Assembly: GCA_903813345.2 (NCBI GenBank)
Contig: CAIIXF020000001.1
Coordinates: 7,750,001-7,814,000 of the forward strand
DNA length: 64,000 nucleotides
Direction of reading: 5' to 3'
DNA from: Owenia fusiformis
Lineage: Eukaryota
The notes under the pieces are model-generated. The model made no database searches, had not been told where the DNA came from, and saw only the letters and a list, made by a program, of their open reading frames with translations. The position numbers and the translations under genes are program-made. Below are positions 49,344 to 61,441 of the stretch, piece by piece. Each line of letters opens with the position of its first letter. Positions within the stretch are counted from its first letter, which is position 1.

Positions 49344-49964
49344 CTAATCCATACATCCACGGTTAATATTACACGTTGGACCGTCCGTGTAAGCTGAAAA
49401 CAGATTAGAGTTTCCACATTGAATATTGTTATTCCACCAAGCACCTCTTTCTCTCACGGGCCATCCAATTTGTACGAAAAGGTTGGTTATCGTTGCCAGA
49501 CACCGTTCCATCGTTGACAGTACTTGTCCCTGTAGAATTATAACCACTAAGAGCTAAATATGTATATTCTAGTATATTTTTTTTTATAATTTTTTTTATT
49601 TCAAAGAATAAGCATGTTAAAGCAATTGCAAAAAACAATTACAGTACAGTTACATGGTAAACCTACATTTAACAATTTTACAATACAGTACAGTGGTTAA
49701 ATATTTAGTATATTCACTTCCCTCGTCACCTATTCTGAAGGCAGCATACTCCGCAACTACTTGTTCATTGTCCCATCCACCAAGTTCAAATCGTACTTTG
49801 TTGTCTCCTCGCTTGAGAATAGTTAGTAGCCTCAAATGCAATGAAGTATGCCCCTTGTGGTAACCCAAATCAAATTTTTTAGACATCTCATGTTCGCTTA
49901 TGAAAGATCTCTCCGCCATTGAATCGGTGTGCAATAACCAACCATTCTCACAGTTCGCTATCAC
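49344..49964 (-). pseudogene. Disrupted fibrinogen-related domain (FReD) sequence
   Basis: VRFELGGWDNEQVVAEYAAFRIGDEGSEY, then LALSGY...PF.T and, after a frameshift, GAWW...C..SNL..Y. Interrupted by a ~130-bp A-tailed insertion. Confidence 0.65.
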
Positions 49965-50097
49965 AGGTTTTCCAGAAGCTGTGTCGTCATTTTGCTTGTT
50001 CTGGCCAGAGGACAGTCTTCATTGCGTGTTATTGACTTCGTCGATGATGATGATGGATACAAGTTAAGAAACCGCCCATAAAAAACACGAACATATA

Positions 50098-50597
50098 NNN
50101 NNNNNNNNNNNNNNNNNNNNNNNNNNNNNNNNNNNNNNNNNNNNNNNNNNNNNNNNNNNNNNNNNNNNNNNNNNNNNNNNNNNNNNNNNNNNNNNNNNNN
50201 NNNNNNNNNNNNNNNNNNNNNNNNNNNNNNNNNNNNNNNNNNNNNNNNNNNNNNNNNNNNNNNNNNNNNNNNNNNNNNNNNNNNNNNNNNNNNNNNNNNN
50301 NNNNNNNNNNNNNNNNNNNNNNNNNNNNNNNNNNNNNNNNNNNNNNNNNNNNNNNNNNNNNNNNNNNNNNNNNNNNNNNNNNNNNNNNNNNNNNNNNNNN
50401 NNNNNNNNNNNNNNNNNNNNNNNNNNNNNNNNNNNNNNNNNNNNNNNNNNNNNNNNNNNNNNNNNNNNNNNNNNNNNNNNNNNNNNNNNNNNNNNNNNNN
50501 NNNNNNNNNNNNNNNNNNNNNNNNNNNNNNNNNNNNNNNNNNNNNNNNNNNNNNNNNNNNNNNNNNNNNNNNNNNNNNNNNNNNNNNNNNNNNNNNN
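50098..50597. other. Assembly gap (500 N)
   Basis: Run of exactly 500 N. Confidence 0.99.
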
Positions 50598-50916
50598 GAA
50601 TGGATTTGTGTAGTCCAATTCAAAAACACTACTGAAAATAGCAAGTGTAATGATTTATAAATACAAATATGATGAACAAAACACACACATTCTTGATTTA
50701 CATTGTTCTCTATGTGGTATATAACTGGCAACTGAATGCTCACAGCACATGGTCAGGTGGTCATAATGTTTAACATACCAAATCCCTCTCATTTGGATAT
50801 TTCCTGAACTGTTCGAAACTTTTTTTTGTTCTGTGACACTGTTAAATATTTTCTACACTTTATAAAGGTAACAAAGTTATGAATTTAGTTAAAAATTGAT
50901 TGGAATATGAACTCAC

Positions 50917-50986
50917 CTCTGTGAAGTGGAAGCTGAGCTAGGCTTGTTGGGCACAGAAACATTGGATTGTTGAGTTGGGGCAGTTC
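50917..50986 (-). CDS. Multi-Tudor gene, predicted coding exon 4
   Basis: ttctag|GAACTGCC...CAGAG|gtgagt. Open in phase 1 (GTAPTQQSNVSVPNKPSSASTSQ), consistent with the preceding exon. Confidence 0.6.
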
Positions 50987-51148
50987 CTAGAATATACAAA
51001 TACTATCTTAAATTGTACTTAACCATGTATTACCAACATGTCAGTGAACATTTTGTGAGAATTGAACATTCAATAACAATCAAACACACGAGAAACATAA
51101 TAGAAATAGATGACAAAAATAATTATACTTCGTCTTCATTCCACTGTA

Positions 51149-52990
51149 CAGTGCGTATCAAAAAAAACGCAACAGATTTTTATCTCTGAAAAGCAGAAAA
51201 CCAGTGATAACAGCATTGATTTCACTCAATGCACCATAAAGCCATGTGTCTCCTCTTTACAATGATATATCATTCATTGATATTTGGTCATGGTTGGGCA
51301 AATAATCATTCCATTTGCCAAGTCGGCCAAAATTAGCTTTTGACCAAGTTATAAACATCGCAAAACTCAGTGTATGGATCCCGATGCAAAATTGGAAGAA
51401 AACATAAAACCAATGCTGACTAGGGGTCACACGGTTTGAGATTTCACGGTTCGGTTCGGTTATTGTATTTCACAGTTCGGTTCGGTTCTGATTGCGGTTC
51501 TCACGGGCCTCGTGAAATGAGCAAAAATATATGAAATTGATCCGAAAATCAGAAAACATACTAAGTGTGTCACAGTGTTTTATTGTATTCAGTATTGTAA
51601 GTATCCAGTTTCACACAATGTTTGTTTGTTTGTTCAGTCTTTTTTCCCTCCCTCCCTCCCAAAATATCTGTTTGTTCACTGTGTTGATCTTCTTGTTTGA
51701 TGTTCAAGTTTTTTCAACACATAAAATAACTTGTCAACTGTTGGCAAAATTAGCACAGTACTTCACTAAACTGAATAAATGTTTTCTTTAGAAATATAAC
51801 TTAAGTTCAACACTTTGTCAGGACTCAACATGGCTCAAAGGCGAACGTAATACACAGAACGTGACTCGTTCGCAAATTCAATGCATTCAGCGTTCGTTTT
51901 TTTACAGTATACTGTTCTATCAACCAATAGGATTGCGCGAAATGTTTAGCGTAGGTCACTTCCGGGTCAATATGCCGGTGAAATTTATCAACATTTTCCT
52001 TTTGTTTTTGTTATCTGCCGTCTATATCAGAAGATCGTCGTAAATATCAGGTATGGCTCGCATTATTGCATGATGATTAACGATTCCAGACGATGTTTAG
52101 TTAATTGGTATTATACGAAAGCTTGAAATGGAGTTTAATTCCGAGTTTACATTTTTATTTTTCTGAAGTGAAACTGAAAATGTCACGGTTCTTCAAGAAC
52201 CGCGGTTTTCAAGATTGTGTGCGAGCTAACCGTCGTGGAGGTATGAACCGCGGTAACCGCAAGCCACGGTTAACCGTGTGACCCCTAATGCTGACTGCAT
52301 CCTTTTCATTCAATGTACCAAAAAGCCAAATTACTCCTCTTTGCAATGGAATATCATTCTTTCACAGAGAGTCATGGCTGGCCGAATAATCATTAATTTT
52401 GCAAAGTGGGGCAAAATTCAGCTCGGACCCAAGTTTCAAACATTGCAAAAGTCAGTACAAGGGGCATATGGGGCTATTGGAAGAAGCTGTGACAGGTGTG
52501 ACATAGACAGTAAAGTGTTCATACTCATACTCTTGCAAGAATACATCCTATACCCCTCCAAATTGCCACCACTTCCTTGCATATAAAGATGCGCTTACCT
52601 GTCCACGTCATGCATGGTTCAGCCCTGAGTCATCTGTGGGTTAAAGCAGAGAAAAGCAGCCCATTGGCAATTCTTTCTCGAGGTTTTGCAATATCTGGTG
52701 GAGGAATTGTGAGCACAGATGCTCTTGAGATAGCTCCAAAAGAAACTTCCATTGGCACTTAGCCCTTGTACTGATTTTTGCAATATCTAAAACTTGGCCC
52801 AGAGTTGATTTTGATCCACTGTGCAAATGGAAGGATTTCTCACCCAACAATTACCACATGTGAATGAATGACATATCATTGCAAAGAGGAGAGACGTGGC
52901 TTTATGGTACATCAAATGAAATTCATGTAGTCATCACTAGTTTTGGAATTTTACGAGATAACTACTTGTTGCGTTTTTTTTTTTTTTTAG
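51149..52990. mobile_element. Old Tc1/mariner-like MITE
   Basis: Starts TA|CAGTG. ~220-bp diverged TIRs (51149-51370 vs ~52768-52990); the right tip is degraded. Confidence 0.6.
51421..52287. mobile_element. hAT MITE nested in the Tc1-like element
   Basis: TIR taggggtcacacggtt / aaccgtgtgaccccta, perfect 8-bp TSD atgctgac and CGGTT/AACCG subterminal repeats. Confidence 0.9.
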
Positions 52991-53075
52991 TATACATGTA
53001 GTATTATTCACAGGATATCAAAAATTTTCTCACAATTATCCTTCCTTTTTTAAAATGTAACTATATTCTAATCAC

Positions 53076-53223
53076 CTTTACTAGCACTAACTCCTTTCAC
53101 CCTGTGATGACCAAGTGCTGAAATGACTTCACTGTTATTTGCTGTGTCAGCAATAGACACCTTGAAACCTTCCTCTTCGGCAGGTGACAGTATATTGACA
53201 GTAATTGTATCCTCCAGCAGTAT
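53076..53223 (-). CDS. Multi-Tudor gene, predicted coding exon 3
   Basis: tttcag|ATA, phase 0. Translates ILLEDTITVNILSPAEEEGFKVSIAD...; the donor aag|gtgatt was chosen for phase compatibility and is less certain. Confidence 0.65.
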
Positions 53224-55221
53224 CTGAAACAATCAAGAAACTGTTATTTGGATGGTTTGTATGTTCCTAACTTCCTGCAGAAACTCTCATTGCATAAATA
53301 TTTATTTAATTCTGACTAAAGAGTTCTTGGTCACTCACCACTGTCAGTGCATCATGGCAATTTCCATTTTTCTACCCTTTCTCAAACAAACAAACCTTTA
53401 TTCCTTTTTAAACGTAGTATTTTGCCATAAATAACCAATATTGCAGCCATGACATTCTGTTATTTAGTCCAGTTTTAGGAAGAAAATCATGTATATATTT
53501 ACTTTTGAAAAAATCCTTGTAATTGAGACATCTCCAACAGGAGAATTTGGGAAAGCCATTGTACATGTATATTTATAAAAGAGAATATGGTAATTAATTA
53601 GATTTCCTCAAACTCTAAAGTAGGGCTATCACTCGCCTTGCCCAAGTCGGTCTCTTTTACTTATCTTGATTTCTATTATGACCGCCTTGTACCAATGAGA
53701 AACCCACGTGCTTAACAGACTCAATGTTTATGTCGGTAAATTTGACCAATCAATGATGACCCTGCAGTGTTAGCTCATTATTATGCACGGTCAAGACAAG
53801 TACACTTTTCACGAACAAATCCTCCGGCAAATCTTGCACAATTCATCATGAAAATTCAAATATTTTATCACATAAATATCAATCAGGGTTTAGTGGATGC
53901 CGGAGCATCAATCGGATACCCGGAGGTGAGAAGATTTCAACAAGAAAAGTTGAAAAGATCTCTGAAATTTTCGAACATATTAGCTAGATCTAGGCCGAGA
54001 TTCAGATCTATCACTGAATTAGATCGACAACTACATGGACGAAGTCTTCATGCATTTTCATCGCGAATTCAGTTTTAAATCAAAATTGGATGGCATGATT
54101 TAATTTATATTGATGACTGCTTACATTCCAATGTACATTTAATTACATAATATTCTGAAGAAATACTCGATCAGATCATTGAATTTCAAGTCATAGACGG
54201 GTAGTTTGCTTTGTTTATGCGGGTAAACCTGAAAACGTTTTGATTGGCCAATCAGCCTGAAGTCACACGTTGTGTCTAGGTGTTATGTCAATCAATATGG
54301 TTTCGCGTTACCCCTGACAGCGTAGGAATTATGGAAATCTCGTTGTTTTATATGTGAAAAATACCCCTAATAACTGTTTCATCTTTATCTTTATTATATA
54401 TGCTGTAGGGTGTTTCACTTTTCGACTTTTTTTCAAATCAAGATGGAGTTTTGTCCAGTTGGCCTCCTGATAAAGGAAAGCAAGCACAAAAAATTTCAAC
54501 CCAAATCCGTTGAAGTTTAGACCTCCCCCTACCACACTTTTTGATGCCCATTCGCTACCATGTTAATAATCGTCTTAAAATTGCAGCAAGGGTCATTTTG
54601 ATCATGTTTGAGACCCATGTTCTACCCATGAACCCTAATGCTGTACGCTAGCCTAGTTGCAGCTTACAGACAATTTGAAGAAACTTTGTCTTAGTAAGCC
54701 AATTAGGTCTGAAATTTCGAGTTCTGAAGGCAGTTTCCGAAATCCGTTCCATTCTGATTCCGTGACAGCTCTACTCAAAAGCAAGAGGACACCTGAAAAT
54801 TGGTCCAGTAGCTATTTTGACAGCAGGGGAAAAATGTGACTACAGAATGATTAATTCTCTTTCATATACCATTGACCTTCTCAGCAAAAGAACAACCACA
54901 TTCTGCACCATATCAAATATCATTAAAATTACACTGAAAATTGATTTGTCCCCTGCTAAAATGGTGACATATCTATTTAATAATTTGAGATATTTTAACC
55001 AACTAAGATTTTGGGACGATATTGATAATAAAAACAATACTGGGGGTCTTGGGGGAGATAACTGACACTGCTCTCCATCTAAAATTGTAAGACTTGCTGT
55101 GGTTGCTCACATGCCAATTAATAAGCTGTCTTATGCTTCATCCACACTGTGATATAATGAAGCATGAAGAATCAGAGTTCATCAAAAATGTTTTCAATAA
55201 AATGTAAGTACATGATCCTAC

Positions 55222-56240
55222 CTGTTCTTGCGTGTCTTGGGGTATCTGGGGTGATATGTCTACACATTCACACAGGATCCCTTGTTGGGGGTACGCACAG
55301 TAATCGGCTACCAGAGGCTTCAGTGAATCCTTAGATATCATCTCATGATTCCCGTAGTCCACGAAAACAACCCCAGCCTTAGGGCCCTGGATACTCTCAA
55401 CCCTAGCTCGATACCACATATTATCCTCAGAGAATTTGGCACAACAGAAATCACCAATGTTTGTGTACAAGCGGGGCAGCATGGCAACATTGGCCTCATA
55501 GTAGTCGTTCAGTTTTTCTTGGAGTTTTTCAAGTTGTTCAGCAGGAAAGCGTGTTAACTGACCAAAGAACTTAGGTGGAGCATGTGATGCAGTAACATAG
55601 AGTTCTTCAGATGTGCCTACAAACACGGGGGGTGCTTGGATCTTGGGCCTATTCACTGCAGAGGACTGAGGCTTGGAGGGTGGCGTTACAGGCGTGAGTG
55701 GGCGTCGCATAACCCTAGTAGCTTCCTCCCTGGGTCCATTTGATGTAACATCACTTGCAGATTGATTCTGCATGATTTCTTGGTTAAGATTGATATCTCT
55801 GCTACCATTGGTGTCATATAACATAACAGTATACACTCCTTCATAGGCGCTTTCTACATGTGCTACCAGAGGTACCTTGGAGGCATATCTATTCAGAACC
55901 TCCAGTTGGGAACTCGAAAACACCTGTATCCCTTTCAGCCTAAACTGAACTGCTTGCATTGGCAAATGTATATGTTCAACTCTGAGGGACCTCACATTGT
56001 GTTTCGGTACCATGGCAACATCGCCAAAGTCAACAAATCTGACAAATACATCAACATTTGTTACATCTGTGATCTCACCTCTGTAGTAACGTCCATCACG
56101 AGGACATTTAGCCACACATTGTAGTCCTTGACTAAGATGATCAGGTGGAGGACTGTTAGCGCTATATAGACTTGTTTGTAACTCTACCATGAGATTGTCC
56201 AGATCTGGAGCCGTCCTAATCAGTTGACCATAAACTGCAC
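55222..56240 (-). CDS. Multi-Tudor gene, coding exon 2 (two extended Tudor domains)
   Basis: ttgcag|GT...CAG|gtagga. Contains DGRYYRG..FVDFGD and DNMWYRA..FVDYGN aromatic-cage motifs. Confidence 0.88.
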
Positions 56241-56583
56241 CTGCAAAATGAAAAAAAAAATCTTTTTAGAGATTTCAACAATTAATCGACAGTAACTGAG
56301 TCGTTGGCGTTCAGGAGTTTTTAGGTAATAAACCCATTAAGTGACCCATAAAACACCCGACAACTGCAAGTGGCAAGTAGAGACAAGGAGTCAACATGCA
56401 AAATACACTACCTGCTATTTGTTGCCAACTCCCAAACAACAACTCCCGAACACCATTCATAAAACAGTTGGAGACCTTATTCTAGGACTAGGTACAAGCA
56501 CTTAGCATGGACATGAAATCCCAGTTAGATTCAATGTTAATGTGCATGATCACTGAACATTGTAATAACAAAATCAGCCATAC

Positions 56584-57895
56584 CTGTTTGTTCAACATTG
56601 GAGATACATATATCTTCATAGACCCCAACACGTAGGATTTGTGATGTGAACTGAGGAACAGAATCGTTTGCTACCACAGCAATCTGTTGTCTGGTTGGTA
56701 GAATACCTGGTGAAATTGCTCTCGGAACAAACTGAGGTGCCCCAGGATTCAGCTTGATGTCACCATACTTAACTCCTGTAGATACATCCTTTAACTCTAC
56801 TACACACTTTTTACCAGCTGAGATAATGGTGGCTTCAAGATCATTATTGTCTGTGAGATTTTCTAGTGTTTCGCATTTTGGATCAGGCACTGAGCACTCA
56901 ACAGCCATTGCGGGTAGCCTATAGAACTGGTATGATAACAATTTGATTTCATCAGCTGTCTTGACATCAGCATTTCCATAGTCAATGAATCGAACTACAT
57001 AGTTAACAGACTGGCTTGAGCCTTCAACATTGACTGCTGTAACTACTGCTCTGTGGTATGCATCGTTGTCTTTGAATTTGACAGCACAGAATGTTCCTTC
57101 ATCAATATAGTCAACAGCTGGTGGTTGTTGTTTTGCCATTGCAAAAATACCATCTAATTCAGACATCATTGTATCTAAAGCGTCTTCAAATGATTTCAGT
57201 TGCAGCCAGAATTTGGAATTGGAAACATAAAACATCATGTAAACTGGATATGTCTGATCTTGTTCTAAGGGTAGCGGTTGGATAATGTTTTCTCCCAAAT
57301 GTTTGTTGCTATATGGTATGCCGATATCTGATGTCACCAATTCATCGACAAGTATATTATTTGATCCAATTCCATCAAAAAGTCTCATGGTTAGTTTTCT
57401 GGGTGGGATGTTGTGCAAAACTTCACCAGTGAATTCACCGTACTCTAAACTCTGACACAAGGATGTCATTTCTTTCGCTGTCCAACATTTTTCATTTCTA
57501 GGAAGTAAACCGCCAAGTACACACTCTGTCGCTTGAGGAGGTATAGTAAAATGTTCTGGTGAGCCAGGCCGCATTTCTGTTTTAGCAACCGTGGCTTTGT
57601 TTCCATAGTCAATGAAGAAAACCCTTACGCTTCGGGATTCGATACTATCAACTCGTGCACGATACCATTTGTTGTCCTCATGAAATTTAGCCCAACACAG
57701 ATGACCAACCACAGGTTCATATTGAGCTTCAACACTATTTTGTACCTTAGCAGCGAACAAGTCTGTCATATGTCCAACCTTTTCAGCATTGTCTGAATCC
57801 AACTGTGCCCAAAAATGACAAAATTGTCCACGATTTTCCACTCCGGTGATAAACAAATCAACCTTTTCTCCTTTCTTCAGCTTTGTCGACGCCAT
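56584..57895 (-). CDS. Multi-Tudor protein (TDRD6/TDRD15/TDRD1-like), first coding exon
   Basis: Start gcaATGG. Tudor motifs DNKWYRA..FIDYGN and DAYHRA..FIDYGN. The donor cag|gtatgg in phase 1 joins exon 2 in frame. Confidence 0.88.
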
Positions 57896-58229
57896 TGCAC
57901 CTGTTTGGTTTTCTAAGTGATGCTTTTAAGTGTAATTGATATTGAAGTATCAAAAAACATTAATAATATCACCAGCACTAAAGAGTAAATTCGAAAAACG
58001 ACAGAAATATCTAGTATTTTAACTTTTCAAAGTCCGCCATAGTGGCACGTGTGATGTAGTCTTCCCATCATTCTTGATAGCGCGAAATTCAAATTCAGGG
58101 GATCGATCAATTTCAATAAAATGGAAATTACCCGATGGACCATTTGCTACATAGATGAAAAAATAGATGGCAACATATGTATTGGTAGGAGTCAGATTCA
58201 AGGATTTAGGACTGGAAAAATGAAGGTTA

Positions 58230-58667
58230 GGCCATAAGAAGTAGATTCTTTGTTTTGCGTCCTCCCAAAATCCAAATCATAATGGTAGACTACAAGGAAA
58301 ACAAGCACAAACTCAAGAAAAAACACACTTGTTTGCTGATGGGCATATAAAGGGATGACACGGGCCTCAAAATTTGCAGTGATTACAAACACATATCGAG
58401 ACTTTACATTTTATACAATATATTAAAACATAGCTATTATTCAAGGAAAAAAATAAGAAAATACACAATGTATGCCAAAGTAATCTATAACACTGTCAAT
58501 TTTGACACACGTCAAATTATTTGCCATTTCGTCTGTTTCTGATTGAATGAAATGCGATGATACTTTCAGATTCTTGTGATTGCTATTTGGATGTGTTCGT
58601 TTTTTCTGATTTACTCAAAATCATGCAAGCAAGGGGACGCAAAATAAAGAATCTACTTCTTATGGCC
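58230..58667. mobile_element. PIF/Harbinger-like MITE upstream of the Tudor gene
   Basis: 33-bp TIR ggccataagaagtagattcttt(g/a)ttttgcgtcc with TTA on both sides. Confidence 0.8.
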
Positions 58668-58952
58668 TTACTTAATTTCTAATATTAAAATCTATTGCCA
58701 AGACCATCTTCATGTTCTGCATAGAGATGATCTTGGAACTATACATATCTTGTTGATGCTTGGATTTCGATTTAGCCTAGTTTTGACAGTAGTTTGCATG
58801 GTATTCTAATATTATTAGAATCTAGTTCATTATTAAACTCAGTGGTCCTTAATTCCTGGGGCATAATAATTGAAAATGTGCGTGTCGCTGGCAAATTACT
58901 AAAAAACATGCATTTCGATTGATGCAGAACTTTTTTTTATATAAAGGGTGGT

Positions 58953-59195
58953 AAACTTGTGAGTAAGTGGAATAATAACATTTCGAAACTGTGTTTGTAT
59001 TGCAATGAAACTCATGACATCAAGCATATGATATTTGAGTGTCGATTACTAGGAAATCTTTGGGTCAATGTTGGGAAGATTCTAAAATGTAATATTCAAT
59101 GGAAAAATATAATATTAGGGTTTTATATGAATGAAGGAAATATTCAAGAATTTAGAAATATTGTCAATATGTTTTGATTTAAAAAAAAAAATATA
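58953..59195 (+). mobile_element. Short L1/Tx1-clade LINE fragment
   Basis: CLYCNETHDIKHMIFEC...W is the ORF2 zinc-binding region. Poly(A) at 59181-59191 and 15-bp TSD tatataaagggtggt (58938-58952, 59196-59210). Confidence 0.8.
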
Positions 59196-59983
59196 TATAT
59201 AAAGGGTGGTTTGGCACAGTGGAAATCCTTGAAACGGCCAGGAATGACCATAAACCAGTCGATCTGGAGACTGACATCAGTAAACTCACTTACATATAAC
59301 AGAACACCAGTAAGATTTTCATTTCTCGTGAATTACAATTAGCTTACCATTAATATACGTATAATGATATTTAACTATGAATATCACATTTTGATGTCAA
59401 TGTCAACAGAAGATGTTAGAAGGTATACATAACAAAACACAATTTTTTTCATTTTCATATTTATTTACAAACTGAATAGTTGTTCTATTGAATATGAAGT
59501 ATCTCATCTAGAACAGCTAAAATACTGAAAGGTAAATCATTTTGTTCATACACAAATATATGCACATATGACAACTTGACTCTTACACAATTCTGGTTTA
59601 CAGGTTAACACATATGACTATGATACATGGAGAGATTTTATGAACACTGTTTTCAAAACCTAAAATGACTGCCTAAAGTCAGTATTTACAGACTACTAGT
59701 TTAAGCATTTCTTGTTTTTAATGACCTTTATAAAGCATATTAAAGACACCTAATCTAAAAGCCAATACATGATATGTGTAGAATGCTAAAATAGGTGGAA
59801 TTTATAAATTTGAGGTATATGAAAAAATGGTGTCTTGATATTTTGAAATCAGTCAAAACTTTTGTTTAAGTTGAGCTACTTTCAATAATTGTAATAATCA
59901 GATATCAAATTATGTTATTTGATTCTAAATGCTAGCAAGGTATTTACCTGATAATACATATAAGTTGTATGCATTTTACTTAA

Positions 59984-60351
59984 AGGGCAAATAGCTGTAA
60001 ATCTGATCGAAAATAACTTTAAAATACATTGTATTTTAAATCATAATGGTGTATCTTACAAGATGAATGCCAATAGACTACTATAAACATTGTTTTTCTG
60101 TAATAACAGACACCTCTAGAGAGTGAATAAATTATTTTTCAAAATTGTTTTTTGATTTTGCCTATCAAAATTGTTTTCTTCAATTTTTAAAGTTCTCATA
60201 CTATCGGTACTTTTTAGGTAAGGAATCTTCTCATGTTTGATATTTTCTTTTCAGAAACAATGATCTGCACTGGATTTTGTAAATGGGGCAAGCCATGGAC
60301 TTTTCAAAACATTTAAGATCAATTTAGGATCAGAACTTTAGACACTGCCCT
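59984..60351. mobile_element. Old Kolobok-type MITE
   Basis: ttaa|agggca...tctgatc and gatcaga...tgccct|ttaa; diverged TIRs. Confidence 0.55.
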
Positions 60352-61382
60352 TTAAGTGAATAAACATATAGGTACCCCTGTATTTTGCTCAGCAAGATGC
60401 ATTATAATGAGAACTTAGGTTTTTATAGCACATGTATACATATCGATTAAATTAATGCTGTCTGTTACAATGCTCTAGTTGAATGTCAAACTCATATTTC
60501 TAAACGTTACCTATATATTTTGGTTTGAGTTAAATATCTTGTACTATAATTCATAAACATCTAGAAAAACACACAGTGAACGTGTGCATTCTCTATACTG
60601 TGCATTTAGTTGTAAATGTTTTGGATTTACAAATGTTAGAAATAAATATTCGGAGCTCGAGGTGATTTTTCTTGGTATTATTCTCAAGGTTAGTCAAGAA
60701 GAATCAAAATATGCACACACTTCTTGTTATTTGATGTCATAACATATATTTCTTAATGTTCTCCAATGTGACTCGTCCAAAAATATATGAACAAAATATA
60801 TTGGAACAACAAGAATTTTTAGGCAAATGAGACTCTGACTGGCAAAGTTAACATGACTGACAACCATCATTCACCAATAAAACCAAAAAGGCCATTCAAA
60901 GTTAAATGTATGTTTAATGCACCTCCCTTCTATGATTTAGACAATTTTCCAGAATTTCAAGTGCCCATGTACCCACATGTCAAGAATCCGAAAGACAAAT
61001 AAAACTTAAATTTCGATCTTAGATAAAGATCATTTTATAGTGAAAGGGGGTTTCCAGATTTAACGTACATGTACCGGTATATGTATTTCAGCAATCAGTA
61101 TTATCTTCGTTAAAAATGTTTACAAAATCTCAAAATCTGTCTCATTTCATCAGTCACTATCTTTTGATTTGATATAGTATTTCAACTAATAAATGATATA
61201 AAATCCATACAGAAATACAATAAGTTAAGATTTGATTAGGTCCCATGACAGGGGGTTAAACGTATAATTGATTTGAATGGCCTAATAGATACATGTTTAT
61301 GATAAATAATTGTGTTTATAAATATATAACAACTCACTTAACTGAATCAATACCTGAATGATAGTCATCTAATACAAGTACA

Positions 61383-61441
61383 TATATGATGTACAGTTAC
61401 AGTATATGATGTACAGTTACAGTATATGATGTACAGTTACA
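61383..61441. repeat. 20-bp tandem repeat, three copies
   Basis: (tatatgatgtacagttacag)x3. Confidence 0.9.

Noticed and set aside
53621-54316. Possible hAT-like element (tagggctatcac...gcgttacccctg)
   Set aside because: The TIR match is poor and no TSD was found.
42273-57895. Gag element next to a Tudor/piRNA gene as a linked host-defence or domesticated-capsid system
   Set aside because: A scaffolding gap separates them, between contigs of suspicious round length. The gag also keeps LTRs, PBS and PPT, so it is not a domesticated Arc/PEG10-like gene.
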